Of a stretch of DNA of 32,000 bases, positions 1 to 10,062 are shown in pieces (the stretch's first letter is position 1; each line of letters begins with the position of its first letter). A model generated the notes under the pieces. The model was given only the letters and a program-made list of their open reading frames with translations, searched no databases and was not told the origin of the DNA. The stretch spans positions 2,550,001-2,582,000 of the forward strand of contig NZ_CP011034.1 in assembly GCF_001465295.1 (NCBI RefSeq), written 5' to 3'. The translations under genes were made by a program, and so were the position numbers. This DNA comes from Pseudoalteromonas translucida KMM 520. GTDB taxonomy: Bacteria; Pseudomonadota; Gammaproteobacteria; Enterobacterales; Alteromonadaceae.

Positions 1-507
1 TAAACGATCAAAAGTAACATTACGATAGCCCGGATCGTTTACATCGGGCGACAATGAACAAGTTTTTGATGTTGGCCCAAGTACGCCTGCTACATAACGC
101 GGTTTTTCGGGCGTTTTAGCACTAAATTCATCGCAAAGTAGCCGCGCTAATTTTGCCGACTCTAGGTTTATTTCACGGCTTAAATTAGCCATGTCGTAAT
201 CCTCCATCGAAATGGTGGTGGAGTTAAAGGTATTGGTTTCGATAATATCGGCACCGGCAGCTAAAAAGCTACGGTGAATATCGGTAATTATTTTAGGCTG
301 CGTAAGGCTTAGTAAATCGTTATTACCGCGAATAAGTACATGCCAATCTTTAAAGCGTTCACCCCGGTAGTCTTGCTCTTCTAATTGGTGTGCTTGGATC
401 ATAGTGCCCATAGCGCCATCTAAAATTAAAATACGCTCTTTTAACGCTGCACTTAGTTCGTCGTGCTTGTTTTTATTTTGGTCATTATTAAGAGGGTTAT
501 TCGGCAT
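1..507 (-). CDS. metH: B12-dependent methionine synthase MetH, N-terminal homocysteine-binding domain; the 3' part lies beyond the window start
   Basis: This ORF is not in the ORF track because it runs off the window. My minus-strand translation from the ATG at 507 is open to position 1. It reads [106 protein letters not shown]...[37 protein letters not shown]. It parallels the E. coli MetH N-terminus ([40 protein letters not shown]). Confidence 0.85.
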   Translation of the reverse strand, partial: MPNNPLNNDQNKNKHDELSAALKERILILDGAMGTMIQAHQLEEQDYRGERFKDWHVLIRGNNDLLSLTQPKIITDIHRSFLAAGADIIETNTFNSTTISMEDYDMANLSREINLESAKLARLLCDEFSAKTPEKPRYVAGVLGPTSKTCSLSPDVNDPGYRNVTFDRL

Positions 508-1444
508 AGTTGTTAGTCCTTACGTCTTGGCTAACTAAATTAATATCATAGGGTGTAGTTTGGTACACGTAATAATTTAACCAGTTCGAAAAAAGTAAAA
601 AAGCATGGCTTTGCCACGTTTTTGAAGGTTGTTTAGTTGCATCGTCATCTGGAAAGTAATTTTCGGGTTTGGGCGCATTGTCGCTTTTTTCGCAATCACG
701 TTGGTATTCAGCTTTTAACGAGTCGGCGTCATACTCTGGGTGGCCGGTAATAAACACTTGGCTGCCCGACTTGTTTTTAACTAAGTAAGCACCTACTTTC
801 TCAGAACCTGCTAGCACGATTAGCTCATTGCAAGCATTTATTTTATTTACATCTACATGGCCATAACGCGAATGCGGTACTAAAAAGGTGTCGTCAAAGC
901 CGCGCGTTAACGCCCCATGTTCAAAATAACATTGGTGCGTAAATACGCCGCACAGTTTATCGGTTTTTAAATCGCGCTTTATTTTATAATGATGATAAAG
1001 CGCCGCATGTGCTGCCCAACACGAAAAAAGTGTAGACGTAACATGCTGCTCAGCCCAATCTAAAATTGCGGTAAACTCATCCCAATAAGCTACATCCTGG
1101 TACTCTAAATGCGCTAGCGGCGCGCCGGTAACTATTAATGCATCGTAGTTATTGTTTTTTACTTCTGAAAAATAACGATAAAAGGTATCTAGGTGCTGCT
1201 CTGAATTACTGCTACTGCGATGAGTGTCAAGACGCAGTAGTTCTACATTTACTTGCAAAGGCGAATTGGCAAGCAAACGAATAAACTGTACTTCGGTTTC
1301 AACTTTATTAGGCATTAAGTTAAGAATAGCCAAACGCATGGGGCGAATCTCTTGCGTTTTTGCACGAGTTTGTGGCATTACAAATACGTTTTCTTGGCGC
1401 AGGCGAGCAATAGCTGGTAGCTCGTCTTTTACTGTAATTGGCAT
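497..1444 (-). CDS. metA: Homoserine O-succinyltransferase (MetA family)
   Basis: The ORF is near-colinear with E. coli MetA (MPIRVPDELPAV..ENVFVM..IRP..ILNLMP.K..TE.QF.RLL.NSPLQV; TGAPL; VTGHPEYD; [13 protein letters not shown]). I trimmed the track ORF (497..1465) to the ATG at 1444, giving [10 protein letters not shown]. That start aligns with the E. coli N-terminus and has an AGGAG 7 nt upstream. Confidence 0.93.
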   Translation of the reverse strand: MPITVKDELPAIARLRQENVFVMPQTRAKTQEIRPMRLAILNLMPNKVETEVQFIRLLANSPLQVNVELLRLDTHRSSSNSEQHLDTFYRYFSEVKNNNYDALIVTGAPLAHLEYQDVAYWDEFTAILDWAEQHVTSTLFSCWAAHAALYHHYKIKRDLKTDKLCGVFTHQCYFEHGALTRGFDDTFLVPHSRYGHVDVNKINACNELIVLAGSEKVGAYLVKNKSGSQVFITGHPEYDADSLKAEYQRDCEKSDNAPKPENYFPDDDATKQPSKTWQSHAFLLFSNWLNYYVYQTTPYDINLVSQDVRTNNYAE

Positions 1445-1477
1445 CCTTTTACTCCTATTCATCAAAACCGAAAACTT

Positions 1478-1505
1478 ATTATGAACAGATAAGAAAAAAT
1501 ATCAA
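1478..1505 (-). promoter_or_regulatory. Candidate sigma70 promoter of metA-metH (TTGATA-N16-CATAAT)
   Basis: On the minus strand, TTGATA is the reverse complement of 1500-1505 and CATAAT is the reverse complement of 1478-1483. The spacer is 16 nt, and the -10 lies about 35 nt upstream of the metA ATG. This is a motif match only. Confidence 0.4.
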
Positions 1506-1510
1506 CCAAT

Positions 1511-1526
1511 AGATGGATAGATGTCT
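1511..1526. promoter_or_regulatory. Two tandem MetJ-like met boxes (AGATGGAT AGATGTCT)
   Basis: Two contiguous 8-mers match the met-box consensus AGACGTCT at 5/8 and 7/8. They sit immediately upstream of the putative metA -35. The neighbouring 8-mers match poorly (3/8). Confidence 0.4.
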
Positions 1527-1614
1527 AAATACCCAAATGAAATTTTTTCATCCTATTTTATAATCGCATTTGTGCACTTTATAGTTTGTTTCTCGGTTTA
1601 AAATTGGCCATTCG

Positions 1615-1644
1615 TTGACTGCCTCACCCGTCAACCACTACAAT
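1615..1644 (+). promoter_or_regulatory. Candidate sigma70 promoter of ettA (TTGACT-N18-TACAAT)
   Basis: TTGACT is at 1615-1620 and TACAAT at 1639-1644, about 40 nt upstream of the ettA ATG. This is a motif match only. Confidence 0.35.
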
Positions 1645-1684
1645 AGAGCATTGTGATTTTTATTATTATTTGAAGGTTTTTTCC

Positions 1685-3358
1685 ATGGTTTTACCTGATA
1701 AATTTATATTCTCGATGAGTCGAGTTTCTAAGGTTGTGCCACCTAAGCGCACTATCTTAAAAGACATCTCGTTACATTTTTTCCCGGGCGCTAAAATTGG
1801 TGTGCTTGGTTTAAACGGCTCTGGTAAATCAACATTGCTACGTATTATGGCCGGTGTTGACCAAGACTTTGAAGGTGATGCCTTTCCACAACCAGGCACT
1901 AAAATTGGTTACTTACCGCAAGAGCCAGTACTAGACGAAAGCAAAACCGTACGCGAAATTGTTGAGCAAGCGGTTGGCGAAGTTAAATATGCGCTTAAAC
2001 GCCTTGACGAAGTGTATAACGAATACGCCATGGAAGACGCTGACTTTGACGCACTTGCAAAAGAGCAAGGCGAACTTGAAGCGGTTATTCAAGCGCACGA
2101 TGGTCATAACATAGACAACGTTTTAGAGCGCGCTGCCGATGCACTACGTTTACCTGAGTGGGATGCTAAAATTGAGCACCTTTCGGGTGGTGAACGCCGC
2201 CGTGTTGCTATATGCCGACTGTTACTTGAAAAACCAGACATGCTTATTCTCGATGAGCCAACTAACCACTTAGACGCTGAGTCGGTTGCCTGGTTAGAGC
2301 GCTTCTTACACGATTACGAAGGCACTGTTGTGGCGGTAACGCATGACCGTTACTTCCTAGATAATGTAGCAGGTTGGATTTTAGAGCTTGACCGTGGTGA
2401 AGGTATTCCATGGGAAGGTAACTACTCTTCGTGGTTAGAGCAAAAAGATGCGCGCCTACAACAAGAGCAAAAGTCTGAAAAAGCACGTCAAAAGTCAATT
2501 GCGCAAGAGCTTGAATGGGTTCGTTCAAACCCTAAAGGCCGCCAAGCTAAGTCAAAAGCACGTATGGCGCAGTTTACCGAAATGCAGCAGTCTGATTATC
2601 AAAAACGTAACGAAACCAACGAAATGTTTATTCCGCCTGGCCCACGTTTAGGGGATCAAGTGCTTGAAATAACTAACTTACGTAAAAGCTTTGGCGACCG
2701 TGTATTAATCGACGATTTAAGCTTTAGCATGCCAAAAGGTGCCATTGTGGGCATTATTGGTGCAAACGGTGCGGGTAAATCAACACTGTTTAAAATGATC
2801 AGCGGCGAGCAACAACAAGACAGCGGCAATATCACCATAGGTGAAAGCGTACACATTGCAACGGTTGATCAGTTCCGTGACGGTATGGACGAAAGCAAAA
2901 CTGTTTTCCAAGAAATATCAGACGGCCAAGACGTGCTTAAAATTGGTAATTTTGAGTTCCCAAGCCGTGCTTACGTTAGCCGTTTTAACTTTAAAGGTAA
3001 CGATCAGCAAAAGTTTGTTAAGGACCTATCGGGTGGTGAGCGTAACCGTTTACACCTTGCTAAGTTATTAAAAGCTGGCGGCAACGTGTTACTACTGGAT
3101 GAGCCAACTAACGACTTAGACGTTGAAACACTACGTGCACTAGAAAACGCTATTTTAGAGTTTCCTGGTTGTGTAATGTGTATATCGCATGACCGTTGGT
3201 TCCTTGACCGTATTGCTACACATATTTTAGATTACCGCGACGAAGGCCAAATTAACTTCTTTGATGGTAACTACACTGAATACGAAGAGTGGCTTAAAAA
3301 GACGTTAGGTGCAGAGGCAACTCAACCTAAGCGTATTAAATACAAAAAGATTGGTTAA
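1685..3358 (+). CDS. ettA: Energy-dependent translational throttle protein EttA (ABC-F ATPase)
   Basis: The ORF is near-identical in blocks to E. coli EttA/YjjK (KVVPPKR.ILK.ISL.FFPGAKIGVLGLNG.GKSTLLRIMAG; LSGGERRRVA.CRLLLEKPDML.LDEPTNHLDAESVAWLERFLHD.EGTVVA.THDRYFLDNVAGWILELDRGEGIPWEGNYSSWLEQK). It has two ABC cassettes. The track ORF starts at TTG 1670; the ATG at 1685 fits the E. coli N-terminal length better. Confidence 0.95.
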   Translation: MVLPDKFIFSMSRVSKVVPPKRTILKDISLHFFPGAKIGVLGLNGSGKSTLLRIMAGVDQDFEGDAFPQPGTKIGYLPQEPVLDESKTVREIVEQAVGEVKYALKRLDEVYNEYAMEDADFDALAKEQGELEAVIQAHDGHNIDNVLERAADALRLPEWDAKIEHLSGGERRRVAICRLLLEKPDMLILDEPTNHLDAESVAWLERFLHDYEGTVVAVTHDRYFLDNVAGWILELDRGEGIPWEGNYSSWLEQKDARLQQEQKSEKARQKSIAQELEWVRSNPKGRQAKSKARMAQFTEMQQSDYQKRNETNEMFIPPGPRLGDQVLEITNLRKSFGDRVLIDDLSFSMPKGAIVGIIGANGAGKSTLFKMISGEQQQDSGNITIGESVHIATVDQFRDGMDESKTVFQEISDGQDVLKIGNFEFPSRAYVSRFNFKGNDQQKFVKDLSGGERNRLHLAKLLKAGGNVLLLDEPTNDLDVETLRALENAILEFPGCVMCISHDRWFLDRIATHILDYRDEGQINFFDGNYTEYEEWLKKTLGAEATQPKRIKYKKIG

Positions 3359-3387
3359 TAGCTAATTTTAAGCTCTAGGCAATAATT

Positions 3388-3418
3388 AAGCCCTGCATTT
3401 ATGTAGGGCTTTTGTTTT
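3388..3418 (+). terminator. Rho-independent terminator after ettA
   Basis: A 10-bp stem pairs AAGCCCTGCA (3388-3397) with TGTAGGGCTT (3402-3411, one G-U pair). The loop is TTTA, and TTGTTTT follows the 3' arm (3412-3418). Confidence 0.7.
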
Positions 3419-3444
3419 ATAACTATAACTACAAATAGAATTTT

Positions 3445-4353
3445 ATGACTCTAAATCCTCACTTGCCGTTAGTTTATCATCCTAATTACTCGTTTAGCTT
3501 TGATCCTAAACATCGCTTTGTAATGAGTAAATTTGCGCATTTATATCAGCATGTTAAGCAGTTAGGATTAGTTGGCGATAACTTAGTACAGCCGTTATTA
3601 GGTACGCCAGAGGCACTAGAATTAGTACACTGCGAAAACTATATTCACGACCTATATCATAATCAATTAGACGAAAAAGCCATGCGCCGTATTGGTCTAC
3701 CTTGGTCAAAAGAGCTAATGGCGCGTACCTTTACGGCCCCGCAAGGTACACTACAAACGGCTCGCTTAGCCCTTAAACACGGTATGGCGTGCCATTTAGC
3801 AGGCGGTACACACCACGCGCATACTGATTTTGGCTCAGGCTATTGCATGGTTAACGACTTGGCTTTTACTACGCAAACGCTAATTGAGTCGGGTGAGGTT
3901 ACTAATGTACTTATTTTTGATTTAGACGTACATCAAGGCGATGGCACCGCAGCTATGCTGCAACACCAGCCTTATGCTTATACCTGCTCTATTCATTGCG
4001 AAAAAAACTTTCCGTTTCGTAAATCCCCTAGCGATTTAGATATTGGCTTAACTAACAATATGCAAGACGCTGAGTATTTAGGCATAGTTGACGACACTCT
4101 GCAATTTTTACTCAAGGAGCTAAACCCCGATTTAGTGCTGTACGATGCGGGAGTTGATGTGTGGCAACAAGACGGTTTAGGTAAACTCGATATTAGCTGG
4201 CAAGGTATAGAAAAACGCGACCATCTCGTACTTAAACGCTGCCTTGAGCACAACACTCCGGTAGCTACGGTTATTGGCGGCGGTTACGACAGAGATCACC
4301 AGCGTTTAGCTCAGCGTCATGGCATTGTAGTTGAGCAAGCAGCACGTTTTTAA
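3445..4353 (+). CDS. Histone deacetylase-family (arginase/deacetylase fold) Zn-dependent deacylase
   Basis: The 302-aa ORF carries the HDAC catalytic signatures: HHAHTDFGSGYCMVND (HH pair), DLDVHQGDGT (Zn ligands D-x-H) and GGGY (catalytic Tyr). The substrate is unknown. Confidence 0.85.
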   Translation: MTLNPHLPLVYHPNYSFSFDPKHRFVMSKFAHLYQHVKQLGLVGDNLVQPLLGTPEALELVHCENYIHDLYHNQLDEKAMRRIGLPWSKELMARTFTAPQGTLQTARLALKHGMACHLAGGTHHAHTDFGSGYCMVNDLAFTTQTLIESGEVTNVLIFDLDVHQGDGTAAMLQHQPYAYTCSIHCEKNFPFRKSPSDLDIGLTNNMQDAEYLGIVDDTLQFLLKELNPDLVLYDAGVDVWQQDGLGKLDISWQGIEKRDHLVLKRCLEHNTPVATVIGGGYDRDHQRLAQRHGIVVEQAARF

Positions 4354-4394
4354 TAGTTTTAGAGTTTTACATATTGCAGCGGCGCGTTAAAACG

Positions 4395-4427
4395 AAAAAA
4401 GGCTCCTCGAATATCTCAGAGCCTTTG
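4395..4427. terminator. Bidirectional terminator hairpin between the convergent HDAC-like gene and cyoE
   Basis: AAAGGCTC (4398-4405) pairs with GAGCCTTT (4419-4426). The plus strand continues with only TTTGTT. The minus strand is followed by TTTTTTCGTTTT, so it is the stronger terminator for cyoE. Confidence 0.5.
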
Positions 4428-4502
4428 TTAACTTTGGAATTAACTCGGTATTATTAACTAGGTGTATTTACTAGGTATGATTAAATTAACCACGACTTAA
4501 AC

Positions 4503-5387
4503 TTAATTAAGTACGAGTAACTGCGGCGCTATGCTTTGATAATCTACCGCCATAGCAATACTAAGTGCGGTAATATTAATAATTGAAAACGCGAACACTT
4601 GACGCGCCCAGCCGCTTATATCTATATTACGACGATAGCCTCGCAGCGCCATTAACAGCCACCAAAAACTAGTAATACAAGCAACCGCCATAAAAGCAGC
4701 ACCGGTATAACCACTAATAGGTAGCAGCATCACAACCAAAGCATATATGGCAATATAAAGCACAATATGGCGCTTTGCTTTATCAATACCTTGCGCTACA
4801 GGTAATACGGGAATACCCGCTGCTTGGTAATCTTTAAAGCGAAAAATAGCAATGGCGTATGAATGCGGCATTTGCCACAGGCTAAACATTACCAGTAAAA
4901 TTAATGCCCCCATATCAAACTGCCCAGATACTGCGCAGTAACCAACAACCGGTGGCACAGCCCCCGATAAACTGCCAATAAAAGTGCCATAAACTGAGTT
5001 GCGCTTCATGTAAAGGCTATAAACCCCTACATAAATAAAGTAACCAAAGGCGGCAAAAAACACTGCCGCTGGAGTGGTATAAGCTATTAATAAACCAAAG
5101 CCTATAATCCCCAATACCACCCCATGGCATAAAGCAGCCATTGCAGACATTTCGCCCGTTACTGTTACCCGGGTGCGAGTACGCGCCATGGCAATATCTA
5201 TATCTCGGTCAATCACATTATTAATAGCACAACCTGATGCAACCACTAGCGATAAGCCAATTAAGGTAGCAACCATTAGCCATGGGTTTATATCACCGCG
5301 GGAGGCTAGTAAAAACCCGCCTGCTACGCTGATTAAGTTACCCATAATAATACCTGGCTTAGTTACTGATAAATAACGACGAAACAT
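4503..5387 (-). CDS. cyoE: Protoheme IX farnesyltransferase (heme O synthase)
   Basis: This is a 294-aa polytopic UbiA-family protein (NNVIDRDID motif) and the last gene of the cyo cluster. A GGAG lies upstream of the ATG at 5387. Confidence 0.93.
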   Translation of the reverse strand: MFRRYLSVTKPGIIMGNLISVAGGFLLASRGDINPWLMVATLIGLSLVVASGCAINNVIDRDIDIAMARTRTRVTVTGEMSAMAALCHGVVLGIIGFGLLIAYTTPAAVFFAAFGYFIYVGVYSLYMKRNSVYGTFIGSLSGAVPPVVGYCAVSGQFDMGALILLVMFSLWQMPHSYAIAIFRFKDYQAAGIPVLPVAQGIDKAKRHIVLYIAIYALVVMLLPISGYTGAAFMAVACITSFWWLLMALRGYRRNIDISGWARQVFAFSIINITALSIAMAVDYQSIAPQLLVLN

Positions 5388-5396
5388 CTTTAGCTC

Positions 5397-5756
5397 CTAA
5401 TACATCATCATTGCGTTAGATTCGTAAATAATCCAAACAGATAGCCCAACCACCATAACAATAATTAGGGCACTGAATAAAAACGAGAAGGTACTTGCAC
5501 GGCCATCTTCAGTAATAAAATTAAGGTGTAAAAAGTATTTTAAATGCACCCAAATTTGTACTACGGCTAGAGTAATAATGCTGTAAAGCGTGGTTGCTTT
5601 TGAAAAGTCGCCACTCATTACCATATAAAATGGTATGACGGTTAAAATTACCGACAATACAAAACCAATTAAATAACTTTTAACACTGCCGTGAGATTCA
5701 TCGTGGTGATGCTCATTTTGCATTTGCTTTAAAGCATGTGTTTCGCTGTGGCTCAT
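5397..5756 (-). CDS. cyoD: Cytochrome bo3 ubiquinol oxidase subunit IV
   Basis: This is a small 3-TM protein in the CyoD position. I trimmed the track ORF (5397..5822) to the ATG at 5756 (MSHSETH...). That ATG overlaps the cyoC stop as TAATG. The longer version would overlap cyoC by 67 nt. Confidence 0.88.
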   Translation of the reverse strand: MSHSETHALKQMQNEHHHDESHGSVKSYLIGFVLSVILTVIPFYMVMSGDFSKATTLYSIITLAVVQIWVHLKYFLHLNFITEDGRASTFSFLFSALIIVMVVGLSVWIIYESNAMMMY

Positions 5757-6403
5757 TACATTACTCCCATTAAATAAACGAGGGTGAATACACAAATCCA
5801 CACAATATCTAAAAAGTGCCAAAACAGGCTTAAGCAGCTCAAACGCGTTACGGTTGCTTTACCTAAGCCACGTTTTGCAACTTCAATCATCATTACACTC
5901 ATCCAAATTAAACCTGCGGTTACGTGTAAACCGTGCAAGCCAACTAATGAGAAAAATGATGTTAAAAAAGCGCTATGTTGCGGACCATGCCCGTTCACTA
6001 TTAGGTGATGAAATTCGTAAACTTCCATACTAATAAACACCACACCTAAACAAAAAGTAACCGCTAACCATATTAAGGTCAGCGCCTTTTTTTGCCCTTG
6101 CGCGGCTATCATCGCAAAACCAAAGGTAATACTACTAATAAGCAGTGCGGCAGTTTCTACTGCTACAAAGTCGAGTTCAAAAATATCTTTACCCGATACG
6201 CCGCCAGCGGTGTTCATAAACAACACCGCGTAGGTAGCAAAAAACGAGGCAAACAATAGGCAATCGGTCATTAAGTAAAGCCAAAAACCAAAAGTAGTAT
6301 TACTAGAGGTATCATGATGCGCGTGAGCATCATGATCCTGTTTGGTATTTACAATTGCAGAGTTTAACGTTACCGACTCTTGACTAACAGACAAGGTACT
6401 CAT
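5756..6403 (-). CDS. cyoC: Cytochrome bo3 ubiquinol oxidase subunit III
   Basis: The 215-aa ORF is heme-copper oxidase subunit III-like ([10 protein letters not shown] motif). It shows a 4-nt ATGA-type overlap with cyoB. Confidence 0.93.
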   Translation of the reverse strand: MSTLSVSQESVTLNSAIVNTKQDHDAHAHHDTSSNTTFGFWLYLMTDCLLFASFFATYAVLFMNTAGGVSGKDIFELDFVAVETAALLISSITFGFAMIAAQGQKKALTLIWLAVTFCLGVVFISMEVYEFHHLIVNGHGPQHSAFLTSFFSLVGLHGLHVTAGLIWMSVMMIEVAKRGLGKATVTRLSCLSLFWHFLDIVWICVFTLVYLMGVM

Positions 6404-8403
6404 GCGTTTAGCTCCTTATCAGTGGCTAAAATAGTGGCACTTAAGTTATGTGCTTGTTCAATACGTGCTACTTCGTCGGGCTGCACATAGTAGTCAACAT
6501 CGCTTGCATAACAACGTTTGATAAATATAGCTATACCTCCTACTAAACCTGCCGCAGCTAACCACCAAATATGCCAGATCATGGCAAAACAAAATGCGGT
6601 TAAACTAGCAGCCATAAGTACCCCAGCCGAAGTGTTTTTAGGCATATGAATTGGGCTGTAGCTTGTTTTACCTTGATAAGCTTGGCCTTTTTCTTTCATG
6701 TCGGTCCAGGCATCAATATCGTCAACATGCGGAATTTGGGCAAAGTTATAAGCCTGTGGCGGTGACGATGTTGACCATTCTAGCGTGTGGCCGTTCCATG
6801 GATCGCCGGTAGCATCGTCAAGTGCTTCACGATCTCTAAAGCTCACATATAATTGAATTACTTGGCAAATAATACCAAACATAATAATGACTGCGCCTGC
6901 TGCAGCTATGTATAACCAAATATTCCAATCTGGGTTGTTGGTATGATTTAAACGACGGGTCATACCTAAAAAGCCTAATACATACAGCGGCATAAACGCG
7001 ACAAAAAAGCCAATAATCCAACACCAAAATGCGCCTTTACCCCAGCCTTCATTTAGCTTAAAGCCCATTGCTTTAGGGAACCAAAATGCAAAGCCCGCAA
7101 GGTAGCCAAATACCGCACCACCGATAATAGTATTATGAAAATGCGCGATTAAAAACAAACTGTTATGCAGTACGTAGTCGGCACCTGGTATTGCTAATAG
7201 CACCCCAGTCATGCCACCTACGGTAAAGGTAACCATAAAGCCAAGCGTCCATAATACAGGTACTGTTATACGTAAACGGCCACGGTAAATAGTAAATAAC
7301 CAGTTAAATAACTTAACCCCGGTTGGTACGGCAATAACCATGGTCATTACCCCAAAAAACGCATTAACGTTGGCGCTCGAACCCATGGTGAAAAAGTGAT
7401 GTAACCACACAATAAAGCCTAAAATAGAGATAGCACCACTGGCGTAAATCATCGACTTATAACCAAATAGACGTTTGCTGGTAAAGGTAGAAATTATTTC
7501 AGAGAACACACCAAATGCTGGCAGCACTAAAATATAAACCTCTGGATGACCCCACGCCCAAAATAGGTTGATGTACATCATGGCGTTTCCGCCCAGATCA
7601 TTGGTAAAGAAGTGAAAATCAAGATAACGGTCAAGCGTTAGCATGGCCAAAACGGCAGTTAAAATAGGGAATGATGCGGCAATTAAAATATTAGCCCATG
7701 TACAGGTCCAAGTAAAAACCGGCATTTTCATTAAGCTCATACCTGGGGCACGCATTTTAAACACGGTAACTAAAAAGTTGACTGCGGTTAATAGTGTACC
7801 AAGCCCTGATATTTGCAGCGCCCATATATAATAGTCGACCCCCACCCCAGCACTAAAAGTTAGCTCCGAGAGCGGTGGATAAGCCACCCACCCGGTTTTT
7901 GCAAATTCACCAAAAATAAGTGACATATTAATTAAAATAGCGCCACTGGCAGTAAGCCAAAAGCTTAAGTTATTTAAAAATGGAAAAGCAACATCACGTG
8001 CGCCAATTTGCAATGGCACTATAATATTCATTAAACCTATCATAAATGGCATGGCCATAAAGATGATCATAATGACGCCGTGTGCGGTAAATATTTGGTC
8101 GTAATGTTCTGGTGGTAAATACCCAGGAGCGCCACTGGTAGCAAGTGCTAACTGAGCACGCATCATAATGGCATCAGAAAACCCACGAAACAGCATAATT
8201 AACGCTAATAAAATATACATTACGCCTAAGCGTTTATGATCAACCGAGGTGATCCAGTCGCGCCACAGCACGCCCCATTTTTTATACTTTGTAATAAGCC
8301 CGGCAATAATAAGCCCAGCTAATGCAATAACGGCCATGGTTACCATAATAATGGGTTCATGAAACGGAATTGCATCCATTGAAAGTTTACCTAAAAACGA
8401 CAT
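6400..8403 (-). CDS. cyoB: Cytochrome bo3 ubiquinol oxidase subunit I
   Basis: The 667-aa ORF carries heme-copper oxidase subunit I signatures ([28 protein letters not shown]). Confidence 0.96.
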   Translation of the reverse strand: MSFLGKLSMDAIPFHEPIIMVTMAVIALAGLIIAGLITKYKKWGVLWRDWITSVDHKRLGVMYILLALIMLFRGFSDAIMMRAQLALATSGAPGYLPPEHYDQIFTAHGVIMIIFMAMPFMIGLMNIIVPLQIGARDVAFPFLNNLSFWLTASGAILINMSLIFGEFAKTGWVAYPPLSELTFSAGVGVDYYIWALQISGLGTLLTAVNFLVTVFKMRAPGMSLMKMPVFTWTCTWANILIAASFPILTAVLAMLTLDRYLDFHFFTNDLGGNAMMYINLFWAWGHPEVYILVLPAFGVFSEIISTFTSKRLFGYKSMIYASGAISILGFIVWLHHFFTMGSSANVNAFFGVMTMVIAVPTGVKLFNWLFTIYRGRLRITVPVLWTLGFMVTFTVGGMTGVLLAIPGADYVLHNSLFLIAHFHNTIIGGAVFGYLAGFAFWFPKAMGFKLNEGWGKGAFWCWIIGFFVAFMPLYVLGFLGMTRRLNHTNNPDWNIWLYIAAAGAVIIMFGIICQVIQLYVSFRDREALDDATGDPWNGHTLEWSTSSPPQAYNFAQIPHVDDIDAWTDMKEKGQAYQGKTSYSPIHMPKNTSAGVLMAASLTAFCFAMIWHIWWLAAAGLVGGIAIFIKRCYASDVDYYVQPDEVARIEQAHNLSATILATDKELNA

Positions 8404-8405
8404 GG

Positions 8406-9320
8406 TTATTCCTCGCCTTGGCTGTGAGATGAGTGCGTTGAATGCTCGCCCATTGCAGGGTGCTTTTTATTCATATCGCCGTGTGCGCCCATATATTTCA
8501 TCACTATGGTATGAAACAAGCCTGCTTCAACGTCGCCGTAATAAGCCACTGGGTTGTTTTCGCTCGCTTTAGCCAGCTCAACATAATTGGCGTGAGTAAG
8601 GTTATTACCTTGTGCTTTTATATCGCTTACCCATTTGTCAAAACCGGCTTGGGTAGGAGTAGCAATGGCATTAAACTTCATACCGGTAAAACCTGCACCA
8701 CTGTAATTGGCCGAAAAACCTTTAAAAGTCCCCGGTTCATTGGCGATTAAATGCAGTTTGGTTTCCATGCCGGCCATTGAGTATATTTGACTCCCCAATT
8801 GCGGAATAAAAAATGAATTCATGGTGCTCTCTGAAGTGATTTTATATTCAACCGGTACATTTGCCGGAAACACCAATTCGTTTACCGTAGCAATGCCTTG
8901 CTCAGGGTAAATAAATAACCACTTCCAGTTTAGCGATACCACTTCAACAGTGAGGTGCTTGCCTTTGCCTTCAATTGGTTTATAAGGGTCTAGCGCTTGC
9001 GTAGACTGCCAAGTAATAACACCTAAAATAACAACAATAACAATAGGAACAGCCCACACAACAGCTTCAATCTTATTAGAATGAGCCCACTTTGGAGCGT
9101 AAATTTCATGAGTTTGTGTGTCTCTATATTTCCAAGCGAAATATAAAGTCATCACAATAACGGGGATCACTACCAGTAACATAAGCACAGTAGCTATGAT
9201 GATTAAGTTTTTCTCATCAATGCCTATCTGCCCTTTTGGATCGAGTATCCCGCCTTTACAGCCTGACAACGCCAGTACTGTACTAGCTAAAGCAATATTA
9301 CAGAGGTTACGAATTATCAA
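8406..9320 (-). CDS. cyoA: Cytochrome bo3 ubiquinol oxidase subunit II (lipoprotein)
   Basis: The ORF is colinear with E. coli CyoA (LDPKGQIG; [20 protein letters not shown]; [26 protein letters not shown]). It has the lipobox LSGC. The only available in-frame start is TTG at 9320: a TAG lies 4 codons upstream, and AGGA lies 7 nt upstream of the TTG. Confidence 0.93.
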   Translation of the reverse strand: MIIRNLCNIALASTVLALSGCKGGILDPKGQIGIDEKNLIIIATVLMLLVVIPVIVMTLYFAWKYRDTQTHEIYAPKWAHSNKIEAVVWAVPIVIVVILGVITWQSTQALDPYKPIEGKGKHLTVEVVSLNWKWLFIYPEQGIATVNELVFPANVPVEYKITSESTMNSFFIPQLGSQIYSMAGMETKLHLIANEPGTFKGFSANYSGAGFTGMKFNAIATPTQAGFDKWVSDIKAQGNNLTHANYVELAKASENNPVAYYGDVEAGLFHTIVMKYMGAHGDMNKKHPAMGEHSTHSSHSQGEE

Positions 9321-9393
9321 GGGACTATCCTACAAACCTAAAAGTTCTGAGGTGCTGCTTGCAAATAATGCTAAGCAACGGTTTATCGATAAA

Positions 9394-9527
9394 ACCCAAG
9401 TTAACTGAAATTAAATTATAAAAAATAAGGGGGCTATTCAAAACCTAAAGCTCATGCCAATAAAGACCTAGCAACAAACCCAGCTTTCTAAACGCATTTA
9501 TATAACGTAATAAAAGTTAACTTGGGT
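9394..9527. repeat. Pair of perfect 13-bp inverted elements (ACCCAAGTTAACT / AGTTAACTTGGGT), 108 bp apart
   Basis: The arms are at 9394-9406 and 9515-9527 and are exact reverse complements. Each contains the 8-bp palindrome AGTTAACT. Together they bracket the candidate cyo promoter. Confidence 0.7.
9415..9441 (-). promoter_or_regulatory. Candidate cyo operon promoter (TTGAAT-N15-TATAAT)
   Basis: A perfect TATAAT (reverse complement of 9415-9420) lies about 95 nt upstream of the cyoA start. The best -35, TTGAAT (reverse complement of 9436-9441), has a short 15-nt spacer. This is a motif match only. Confidence 0.35.
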
Positions 9528-9636
9528 GAGTGGTGGTTGGCTGAAATGTGTTTAAAAAACACTGAGCTACTTTGTTTACAACAGGCTAATTATTTACAGC
9601 AAGACAAAATAATTAAACCAATAACAAGGGGTAACC

Positions 9637-10062
9637 TTACAGACAACCTGTAAAGCTAGGTGGAGCACGACAACCATGTGCAGCTTGCACTGGTTGGCTA
9701 ACTTTAGCCTCGCTAAAAGCAAAGGCTGCTTTACGGAGGATTATTCCAGCACGACGCGCTGAAAATGTATGAAACAATAACCAACAAAGGCCAATGAGTA
9801 ACTGACTTGAAATAATCGGATAAGCCAAAAATTCAGCGATTGTAAGTAATAACGGCTCTGTAACCGAGTTATCACTTAATAAGGCTTCAAGGCTAAATAC
9901 ATCCTCTACAGCTCCGCTTAGCAGCATTAAGGTATTAAATACGACTAATGTTATAGCCACGCACACGCCTTTTCCTGCCTTATTCAAGCGCCCACACAAT
10001 GCACTCTCGCCAAAGGCAAGCTCCACATTAATATGGTTACAAGATAGTGCGTTCAAAGACAT
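9637..10062 (-). CDS. Hypothetical membrane protein (141 aa, 2-3 predicted TM segments, six Cys); no family recognised
   Basis: This is the only long ORF in an otherwise empty 1.1-kb interval. Its codon choice resembles neighbouring genes (cgt, gct, aaa, caa, tta). Hydrophobic stretches are VCVAITLVVFNTLMLLSGAV and PLLLTIAEFLAYPIISSQLLIGLCWLLF. The SD is weak (AGG 4 nt from the ATG). Confidence 0.45.
   Translation of the reverse strand: MSLNALSCNHINVELAFGESALCGRLNKAGKGVCVAITLVVFNTLMLLSGAVEDVFSLEALLSDNSVTEPLLLTIAEFLAYPIISSQLLIGLCWLLFHTFSARRAGIILRKAAFAFSEAKVSQPVQAAHGCRAPPSFTGCL

Noticed and set aside
4454-4479. Adjacent imperfect 13-nt direct repeat TTAACTAGGTGTA / TTTACTAGGTATG, and several TTAACT copies in the cyoE 3' region.
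   Set aside because: There are only two copies at 10/13 identity, in AT-rich 3' UTR. No coding, CRISPR-like or iteron-like periodicity extends beyond them.
5757-5822. N-terminal extensions of track ORFs: cyoD to 5822, nqrA to 17805 (GTG), metA to 1465, erpA to 25475 (TTG), ettA from 1670 (TTG), apbE to 11779 (GTG).
   Set aside because: Internal ATG starts align with the N-termini of characterised orthologues. They also have better SD spacing or avoid long overlaps with the upstream gene.
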